Assembly: GCA_051362555.1 (NCBI GenBank)
Contig: CM120640.1
Coordinates: forward strand, 43,130,788-43,194,787
Direction of reading: 5' to 3'
Origin: Lingula anatina
Taxonomy: Eukaryota > Animalia > Brachiopoda
DNA: 64,000 bases
The notes below the pieces were generated by a model. It did no database searches. It was not told the DNA's origin and worked only from the letters and a program-made list of their open reading frames with translations. Within the stretch, counting starts at the first letter, position 1; each line of letters starts with the position of its first letter. Shown here in pieces: positions 54,243 to 64,000 of this stretch. Both the position numbers and the translations under genes were made by a program.

Positions 54243-54930
54243 GTGAGGTTATACAAGCAACCTTTACTTGAATTTTGATATTGTGCAAAATGGAAACTTC
54301 CGCTTAAAGATATCGTTAATTGTAGTAAAAGGCAAAGTTGTTACTCTTAACATAGCATAAAAATGGACTCGGAGCTAATCGCACGAAGTTCCCCGCATTT
54401 GTTAGGCTAACACTCCTGATTACGCCCATGATTTGTTCACTTTAAGAAACCATAAAAAGAGCGCTTATGTTAAGTTCGTGTTGAGCCTATCTTTCCAACA
54501 ACTCCGACTAAGTTCTGCTTTAAAAACTTATATTCCTAAAAGTGTTCAAACCAAAAATTAACTAACAGCATATTACAAAGCTTTGGTTAAGATGCAATAA
54601 GAAATAATATTAACTTTGAGAATTTATATTTGGAATGGGCCACGCCTATGCAGATATATTAAAATTTGTAGCAACACAATTCTTTATTGAAAGTTGGATC
54701 TAGCATGGTACTAGCACAAATGTATAATGTTACACGTTTGTGAAGTTATGCATTTGAGTGAAGGGAAAAATCACAAATTTATTGACTTTAAGCCTGCGTG
54801 TCAGTTATGATAACAAGACACCCATGTTACATTTTTTAAAGAATTTTCAGAGATATTCCATCTTTTATATAGATAAATTACAGCCAAAAAACTGCAGCAA
54901 TACAAGAGGGGAACACACTTACCATCCAAA

Positions 54931-57900
54931 ATGGCTTCAGCAGTAAAACAAAGTCCACCAATTAAGTCTACCTTGCCAAACTTACTTAATGAATATGGAA
55001 TGCCAGAGGAAAAATCACCAAAGAAGAAGCATCATAAGGTATATTCAGCAGTGTCAAAGCAGGTGCAAATTATTATAATAGTTTAACACTTTTATTTCCT
55101 TTTTCTACATAGATCTTTTAGAAATTGTCAATGAATAGATGTTTTAATTATCACAAAAGGAAGTGGTTTATTGGAAATAACAACTTGTTCAAGTATTTTT
55201 TACTCATTTTTCAGAAGCACCACAAGAAAAGGGTAGAACATTCAGATAAACCTGAAGGTGTTAGAAGAGAAAAAAGTTCACTGGAAGTAGAGGAGAGAAA
55301 AAGAATAAGAGATCATGTATGTAGACATGGCACTTATGTAAACCTTAAAAAAAAATTTTCAATGCCTTTCTACAAATGTAATTAATAAAATACAGACAAC
55401 CACATGAGATTTCATTGTATTGATAAAAGGCATAAGAAAAACCACAAGCTGGGCAACCAGGATCAAGAACCCAATTTTATCTCTACTGATACCATCACAG
55501 ATTTCATCTTACACAGTATTGTTATTTCCATCAAAGTAACCTTTGTTTTTCTTTTTTGAAGAAATTTCAGCAGATGTGCCAAAATCCAGAGAAAGTCCGT
55601 GGATATTTTTTTGATGAGTACAAGGAAAAAGTAAAGGAGAAGATTGCAAAACAAAATGAAATGTACGAAAAGAGAGTTCAGGAATTGGACCAGGAAATAA
55701 GAAAAAAGGAAGAAAGGATGGTGAGCTGTTAAAAAATAGGAAAAAATGAGTAAAACAGAAAGATGGTCTATGTCAGAAAAGTTAAATTCTTGTTTCTTGC
55801 TTATTATTTTACACTATAAGAAGCAAATGCTTTTTTAAAATATTTTTTATATTAGTCATTTCTAGTTACTCATAGCAGGAATTACTGTTTTGTGATGAAG
55901 TTTGCAAAGAAAGTTGTCGCTTTCGAAAAATTAATAAAATGACTGCCCATTTGTGAGCTTATAAGTTTTAGACAAATATATAAATTAACATTTTATTTGT
56001 TGCAGATTAAAAAAGGACTAGCTTATAGGAAGAAAATAATGAAGAGGCATGATCTGACAACAGATAATACTTATCTGAACAAATCATACAAGTCGTATTA
56101 CTATAAGGTACTTGGCAGTAATTGATAAAAATCCCTCTTGATGTTTTAGAAGTAGCATAAAATACTTCTCACTTGACTCTGCCCATGCCTGTGCACAGTT
56201 TAGAATTGCAGTTTCAGTAAAATTTGTTCTCCAAGATTGCATTTGCATAAATTACTCAACCTGAATGTAAATTTGCATTTGTGTATCTTTTTTCCGTAGG
56301 TGTTGTCTATCCAAGAGAAGCTTCAGAAAGAAGGAAAACTGAAGACTCTCACTGATGTTGATGCTTTTTGGGAAAAAGCCAAAAGCCCAGCAATATTTGA
56401 GGCATACTTGTCTGACAAACATGTACTGAAAGGTAATGAGAAATGTGCTGTTTTCTGATCTGAAATTACATCAGCACCCATTGTTAGTATTTTTGTCATG
56501 GTTACATTATGTTATTGAGTGATGCATGATTTAAAACAACACGCTTTTTTGCTGTTTTAAATATGTTAAATATAGTCAGTGTATATAGTAATTACTGAAA
56601 CCATAGTCATTCACCTTTAACTTAGATATTGCTTGTAGAAACTGCACAATGAAATTCATGTTTGTTCACCATCTGTATTAATTAGTACAGTAGTAGCACT
56701 TATTCAATGTTGAACCATTTTGTTCATAGATTGCATATTTTGCAATCCTAATTTGTGTGTGACACACTTAACATAAGCAACTATTTTGACCTTGCTGTTG
56801 TAAATAAAGCAGAAGACAGTTAATACTGGTATAGAAGATGTTGATTGCATTTTGTCACACTGGGTCCATGCAACATAATAAGTCAATCAACCTTGCAAGG
56901 GTCTTAATGGTTTCTTGTGAATATGCATCCTAATACTGCTCTGTCAAGCTGAAAGAAGAAAAAACAGTGGACTTTTGCACATTGTAATGTAGTATAATAG
57001 ATTGCATCACCTTGTGTTTTTATTCAGAGAGATTTTCAGTGTCTCCCTCTTCTGTACCTACATCTGCATTTTCGTCAAGGACCCCATCCCCCTCTGGTCG
57101 TAGGACAGGATCTCCATCCTCTCCTGTCCCACATTTTGCAGGTTTGTGAGCATAAGCGACTAAGGTTTGATAAAGCATTAAAGCTTGATAATTGTTATTT
57201 GATTTGGCTTGTATTGATTGTTTTATTCTAACATGACACATGTTGCTTGAAAAGCAATTAAGAGAGAGAGTTAGTTTTGTTCAAGGTTTGTTGGTATTGG
57301 TAGCTAAGGTTTAATAAAGCATTAAGGCTTTATAATTGTTATTTGGTTTGGCACCTATTGATTGCTTTGTCTTAACTTATGACATATGTCCCATAAAAAT
57401 TTTTAAATGAGAGAGAGAGAGAGAGGGAGAGAGGAGAGCATCAGTTTTAATATTTTATTGACATCATGTTTTAATACATAAAGTTAATTTTTAAATTGAA
57501 CAAATTCATCAACTACATCTTTAAATATAGTATTATTATTTTTAGCAATTAATTTTACGAAATCGGTGGAAACAGTCCAGTAATTAATAAGCATACTTAT
57601 TACATAATGTATAATATGAACAGAACATAAACTTTCAGATTCAGAGACAGTCTCATCCACCACTGACCAGGCTCAGGGGAGCACCATAGACCAGAGCACT
57701 GCAGACTGGCACCATCTGGAAGGAATAGAGGAGGGGGACAGTTCTCCTTCACCAAAAAGTGGTAGAAAAAGTGAAATGGTGGGTGGTTAAATAAAATACA
57801 TGCTGCATGTATTTGTGTTAGCATGTTTGACTTAAAACATGAGTGTTGGTTGTGCCTGTTACAGATTACCCATATCAGACTAATAAAGCTGTGGTATTGC

Positions 57901-59462
57901 TCATATTTCTTATTATTTGAAAGTTTATGGTGTAGGATTGCATATATTATTATTTTTGTTAGTTTAACATATTGCTCAGAGATTACTGAGGGTAGTAGAT
58001 GCTTTTTTCTTTTTCAAAAACATATAAGAACTGCATTACTTTTCAGAGCTCTGCCAAGACTGTTTCTGCCACTCAGGTTGCCAAAGCAGCTGCTCAGCAG
58101 TTAGAAAAAAGATTTCCTAAAGTATGTACCATAATGATTCTCTCTGTCAATGTTCACTTAATTTAATTTATATTATTGAAATGGGAGTTGGGTACATTGA
58201 AATTATTTTAATAAAAGATATGAGATAACATTTTTTCATTCATACATATATATATATATGAAAGAAAAAACAAGTTTTTTTTCTCTGACCATTGCGACCA
58301 TATTTTTACTACAAAGTGGACGCTTTTTAAATGCTAGTATAAGGTGTTTTTATCCAAGACAAACCCTGATGGCACTCTTACTAGTACTGTAACACAACAG
58401 AAAATTGCACACCTAATGCATTTACACTGACAACAACATTTTCGTCCCATTTTTTTTAAAGCAAGAGCTGCCAAAACTGCATTGCTTTACTATGGAATTG
58501 GCAGAGAAACCACCAGATCCAGAAGTGGTAAGAAGGACATTTTTATAAAAGGTCATATGATATAATAACATAACAGGAAAAAATTAAATTTCCTATAATA
58601 TATGAACACAATAAATTCAAGTAAAGAAAAGATCAATGAAAGTAAAACAAACAAAGGATAATTATGATAGTTAATTTCCATTGTTTTCAAGCAGTTCAAT
58701 GGCCAACCCCAGAGGTTTGAGTCACTTTCTATATTACTGAAATGACCTTTTGTATTTGATGAATGTGAAAAATATATTTCAACCATGCTTTTTTCTGTAA
58801 ATTTCAAAGCTCCAGAGAGAGGCAGAGGCTGCAGTGAGAGAGCAGAAAAGAAAAACATTTGTTAAAAAACTCAGAAGAATGTATCAGCTAGCTTTGACAA
58901 ATCAAGCATCATCACAAAGGTAGTGCAAATCTTTATCTTTTTATACCACTTAGTCATGGAAGTGAATCTTTAAATTTTTTGTATTAATGTTCTATGTGAA
59001 TATTACATAAAGCATCGGTATATTGAGATATATCATACAGGGATATTTTGTATGTATTTATTGCAATTGTTGTACTTATACAATTTCTACATAAGATTAA
59101 ATATGTGTTGGTATTAACATAAATTTATGCAGCTAAAAGAAACCAGTTATGGAATGTTACATCCTGGTACATGTACATTTTAAACTTCCCTCACAAGCTG
59201 CAGATACGCTTCCTGTACATCAGAAAAGTATTTATCATTTCAACTTGAAACTAGAAAAGCACTCAGGAAGGGCAGACCTCCACCAAGACATCTGCTAAAT
59301 TCTCATTATAAACAGATAACAGTTAATAAATATTCATTTATCAATGAATGAATGGATTATCACTAAAATATAATCACTTTTAAGGTAGCCCAATTTGTGA
59401 CCTATCCTGAAATATGCATCAAAATCTATCCATAAATTTTTGAGTTAGGCTGGTGACGAATG

Positions 59463-59494
<32 letters not shown>

Positions 59495-60315
59495 GGAGGT
59501 GAAAACATTATTTCCTTGGTAATTAAAAGAATGTCCTTGATGATATGGTTAATTCAACCTCTCTTCTATAGAATCCTTGCTAAGCATGCAGATGAAATGA
59601 AGATGCTTACAGAAGGCCCCAGACTGGCAGATTTGGTAAGTGACACCTATATGTTTTCACATCCAACACATTATAAAACAAGTGCCTGTTACTGTAATTG
59701 ACACTAAAATACTGCTTCTCTTTACTACCAATTTATATGGAATCTGGGTTAAGATATGCAGATAATAGTGTTACATCCTATAAACCTCCTACACCATCTT
59801 TGAGTTGATAGCAATTTGAGAGCAAGTATGCAATGCATTCTATCAACCCTGTAGAATGATGTCTGATGCACTTACAATTCACATAGGATATGTTTTGGAG
59901 AAATGATCAAGAAATTCTTTTTAAGAATAAATTGATTGGCAGCAACATTAGTCTTTTATTTAATTTGTTTGGTGCTTTTCAGTATGAAAGCTATGACAAC
60001 ACTCCAGCCATAGAAGATGATGAACAACCTGCAGAAGATCCACGCTATGTACATCCTGCCCTACCAGCTTTTATGACAGAATCTGCATATTCTCCTATCT
60101 TAGAAGAAGATGAGGATGACCTGTACTCCTCGTCAAACACTGCAAGTTCAAGGTCATCTTCAGTTTACTCCGCAGGATCAAAGTCCAGGTCTACAAGTAA
60201 AAGTGAAGTGATAAGAGCACCATCTGCTGAAAGAAATATTGTGCAGTTAGCACCACTTAGGAAACCAAGTGCTAAGAGCAAGAAAAAGTGAGAATTTAAC
60301 TAAATATTTGAAAGG

Positions 60316-60383
<68 letters not shown>

Positions 60384-60945
60384 TCTTTCTTTAAGTTACT
60401 TACTTATAATATTCAATGTCTTCTCTTAAAAAAAAGGGAAGACCTTAATCCATTATTTTTGTCCAATAATAATAAATGGCCTTTAGTTTATCATTTTAAA
60501 GATATTTCAACACCTGTTTTGTAAAGTTAACTTTATAATAGTACTGGTAAGCCTAATAATGTAAATAGTAGACAATGCAAAGTATATGCTTATTTCTAGA
60601 TCTTCTGAACCAGTAGTGCACACAGTAGAGAACAAACCACCAGGCCTGCATCCTCTGACCATGGGTGCGGTTCTACAGCAGGAGAAAGTACTGGTAAGTT
60701 GTAGAGCAGTGCATACATATACATAGTACTGAGTAGTATATACTGACTGGATGACCTTTGTTGTAGAATGCGGAATTGTTATAAATGTTGAATTGTTATA
60801 AATATATGGCCATTAAAGAAAGATAATAATTTACACAACTGATAATACTGGGCTGTATTCTTTATTTTAGGAACCAAAATGTGTGAGCACATTTTGGACC
60901 AACTACATGCATGCAGGGAAAAGTATATTTGCCAAGTCTACCTGA
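54931..60945 (+). CDS. Uncharacterised charged/coiled-coil protein with Ser-rich linkers, ~14 coding exons
   Basis: Chain of GT-AG exons: MASAVKQSPP..., QMCQNPEKVRGYFFDEYKEK..., VLSIQEKLQKEGKLKTLTDVDAFW..., QLEKRFPK, ELPKLHCF..., LRRMYQLALTNQASSQR, YESYDNTP..., PLTMGAV..., EPKCVSTFWTNY...KST* (TGA 60943-60945). Family not recognised. Confidence 0.8.
57140..57450. repeat. Diverged 144-bp tandem duplication at an intron 5' end
   Basis: aggtttgt...ctaaggttt(g/a)ataaagcatta...attgttatttg...attgattg...(ga)n occurs from ~57140 and again from ~57284. Confidence 0.8.
59249..59523 (+). mobile_element. Short interspersed element, probably non-autonomous Helentron/HINE (DINE-1-like) type
   Basis: Begins aactagaaaagcactcaggaagggcagacctccaccaag, has an internal (CAGA)n tract at ~59463-59494, ends ggtgaaaacattatttccttggtaat. 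Class assigned from recalled architecture only. Confidence 0.5.
60321..60374. repeat. (TA)n microsatellite
   Basis: About 27 TA units followed by poly-T. Confidence 0.95.
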
Positions 60946-62749
60946 TTATCACCCACATGCATGACAGGAACTGACTGATTGTTGCTGGATGAATGAAACC
61001 CAGTAAATGTGTGGGCACAACCATTGAATTCAACAATTTCTTGGTAACAGTGACCTAGTTACAATCAATAAACCTGTCAATAGCCTGAGCTGCCAAAGTG
61101 AGTTGTGGGCAACTTAATTACTGCATCACCTGGATCCCTTCACTGCTATGAACTGACATAATTGCACAAGTGAAAAAGAAATTTATATAAAAGAACCCAT
61201 GACCCATGTGTTGCCTGGCAATTCCAATTACTGCTGGATTTTTTTTATCAATGAAGGGGTTGATAGACTTAAAGGGGGAGGAGAGAGAGTTTGTTGGTGG
61301 CATAATCTTTCTTAATTAGTACATATGTCAATCAAAAGCCTAACTGTGGTTTATATATTTCAGTTAAATAATTAGTGTTTGCCAAAACAGGCATGAAATT
61401 TCAATATACTGAGTAAACATCTATAAATATTTTGTATATTTAATGTAATAAAAATATTTATTCATTTTTGAAATATATGGTGCCCAGTTTATTGTGAATT
61501 TAAATCAAATATGGTATACCATACAAAAATGGTATGAAATCATATAATAATCCGATTTGTATATAAGAATATTAATTTGCAATATTATTTTTAATTTGCT
61601 GATTTGAACATTGACCTAAGTAAATTTATTAACAGATAAAAATATGATAAGAAATAGATAAAAGAAATGCTTGCCAAAATGAAATATTTAACAGTTGTCA
61701 GTTGAACATCCACAAAAACAGTTTAACTCAAAAAATTTGGAATGCAGCCACATTCTTCTTTCTTCAGTAGAAAACAATGTCAAAACAGTGTGTTTCATTC
61801 CGTAAACGAAAATTGAGCAGGCAATTAATTCTTCCCAGAAACCCAATCAGCGCAGGGATTTTTTCCTGGGGAAGGGGGGGGGGGCAACATAAATACATAA
61901 AATACATACATAAATACATAAAACTGTTTACCTTTCCGTGCTTTTAGGTTAATGAAACTTTGGCGCAGCATGGGAATATAGGGGCATACCTGACAGCTTT
62001 GGATCTTAACTAAAATGTTTGCTTGTTTTGCCCTGTGACCCGTAACATTTTACGGATTACCTTTTTTATTTACTTTCTTTTCAAAAAGACTATGGGTTTC
62101 TTACTGCCTTCTGTGTGTTTTTTTTAAAAAATGACAGAAAAACTATCATTATATGTCAATAAAAATCCCGAGTTTCTATACCAGCGCCAGATGTCTCCAT
62201 AGTGGCGCGTTAGAAGCCCCCCCCCCCCCCCCCCAAGTCCTACCCTGTACCTCTATCCTATAGTCTCAGGCCTGTTTCCAGTCAGATAATCAGAGATTGG
62301 TCTAGCCAACTAAACTGAACTCACCCTAACGAGGCATTAGTTGTTAAAACACGTATCAAGATCAAAATGGGTTTGTCATCTTTCGCCGTCTTAAACCCAC
62401 GATCTCGATTTCTGATAGTTTTTGAAGGTAAAACTTGAACACGTTTAAAAATATGCCATGTCACCCCCTATTTCTAAATCCCTTACAAAGCTACTTATCT
62501 TTCCTAATTCAGATTTTAAGAGCGATAACCCACCACCACCACCACCACTTGAGCCCCCCCCCCCCCCCCCCCCCCCCTCAAAGTGATGTTGACACTGAAC
62601 ATTAACTGAAAAAAATCTTTGTATATTCCTCAATATTCTTATCGCACTCTAAAATTATCAGTGCCTTTCAAATATTCGGTCCCGTTTTTTGTGGTCGGCC
62701 CAGATATTTTGTTCATGGTCAAATGTTTTGAGGTGAATTCCAAGTAGAG

Positions 62750-64000
62750 AGAATGGCATTCGAAATGTATCCGTACTGCACTATGGCTGCATTCCTATTA
62801 CTTACATACATATTGATCCACAGCTAAGTAATGCAGCTGGAATGCACATCAAATATGCCGTCGGAATATTTTGATTGTGGCTCGAATCTGGGTCGAATGC
62901 AGTCTCAGCGTCCCGGGAGGCCCTCGAATGAGTCAGAACACTAGCGAATTGAATATAAATGCGGTCAGCTGCCGCTGGAACGTCAGTCAGAATTGAGGAA
63001 TTGCATGGTCTCCTAACAGCACGTTATGCTGCCAAGGAAGAAGGTGAAGGCCAGGGTGAAGATCGAAAACTCCTCAACATGCAGTGACATTGGATGGGGA
63101 AGAGGTGCTGCAGCCCAATTAGCCCCTGAAGAGCCAGCTTCTATTGTTGATGGGGCCCCAGGACCTTCAGTGTCTGAAGCTGAATCAATAGCTTCCCAGA
63201 TGTGCACAATGGCCGCGATCCATCTGCAAGCTGCACAATCATCCTCTGACAGTGATAATGAGCGTCCTCCCAGTGAGGCTACTCAATCCCACAAGAAGCG
63301 AAGGAGGGAGATGGTGACGGCTGACTTCACCGAGCGGCAGGAGCAGGAGATGGTTGACTGGCTCCAGGCCCCCGAGCAAGATTGCCTCCTCAACAAGAAG
63401 CACCCTAATTACATCAAGAAAGGCTTAAAGGACGCGCTGTGGGAGCAGAAGGCCAGGGAGATGGACAAGACCAGTGACCAGCTGAAGAAGTGGTACGTGA
63501 ACATGAGATCAAGGTTTGGCAAGTTGAAGCAGGTTTTCCCAGGTTCGGGCAGCAATGAACTGACTGCAAGAGACTGCTGGATCTTACGCCACTTTGAATT
63601 TCTCAGGCCCCATCTCATAGTCCAGGTCAAAAAGAGGATGTCTGTAAGTGTAAATAATATTTCATTTCATTATTTTCATGTTCTCATTTTCATGCTTTTG
63701 GCGAAATTGCGACAATTGTTCACGTGCTTTCACATTATTTATGACTATTTCTTATTACTATTCTTCACCAGATGAAGGCTAAGGTCCGCGCCCGGGCAGC
63801 TCAGGCTGAAGCACCACGAGTTCCCCAGTGTGAATTTGAGTCTGTTGGCACTGATCATCATCCCCTTGCAGCCGCTCAGCTTGATGCATACACTCCCTTG
63901 GTATCCATGCCCGGGGCTTCTAATCACATTGAGGCTACTAGGGGAAATATTGCTGAAATGCAAAGACAGATTCTGAACGAGCAGAACAAGCTCTCCAGGG
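62750..64000 (+). mobile_element. Probable PIF/Harbinger DNA transposon (left part; boundary uncertain, truncated by window)
   Basis: Abrupt GC-richer segment, repeated (t)cgaat(g)/gcattc motifs at 62755-62950, TATAAA at 62954-62959, then a MADF/Myb-SANT ORF of the kind Harbinger elements encode as their second protein. Transposase and TIR pair not visible. Confidence 0.6.
63026..64000 (+). CDS. MADF/Myb-SANT-like DNA-binding protein (partial, 3' end outside window)
   Basis: Exon 63026-63643 (FTERQEQEMVDWLQ..CLLNKKHPNY..KDALWEQKA..LKKWYVNMRSRFGKL..GSG..LTARDCWILRHFEFLRPH), donor GTAAGT, in-phase exon from 63771 open to the window end. Confidence 0.8.

Noticed and set aside
62217-62580. Poly-C tracts giving a Gly-rich ORF (62445-62633)
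   Set aside because: Homopolymer/low-complexity artefact.

Overview
AT-rich, intron-rich eukaryotic (animal, probably lophotrochozoan/mollusc-like) genomic DNA, so the ORF track shows exon fragments. I assembled exons by hand from splice sites and reading phase. In order: a 6-exon secreted S1 serine protease (+, 2122-6056) with a 1.39 kb foldback-type inverted-repeat element in intron 1; a 12-exon ~931-aa pseudokinase (-, 13575-6812) with a TAZ-like zinc finger and a PP1-docking-type motif, head-to-head with the spindle-checkpoint kinase TTK/Mps1 (+, 15664-24939); a Tourist/Harbinger-like MITE; a membrane-anchored uncharacterised enzyme-like gene (+, 26930-30621) tail-to-tail with a GH3-domain gene GHDC (-, 34955-31079, one GC-AG intron); a candidate 106-aa orphan gene split into micro-exons (-, 39207-37056); a 34-bp minisatellite; UFL1 (-, 54106-46765) head-to-head with an uncharacterised gene (+, 54931-60945); and a MADF/Myb-SANT gene of a probable PIF/Harbinger transposon that runs off the right edge. 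The strongest novelty candidate is the TAZ + pseudokinase + RVxW protein sharing a promoter region with Mps1. All gene models are manual and unvalidated by transcripts.
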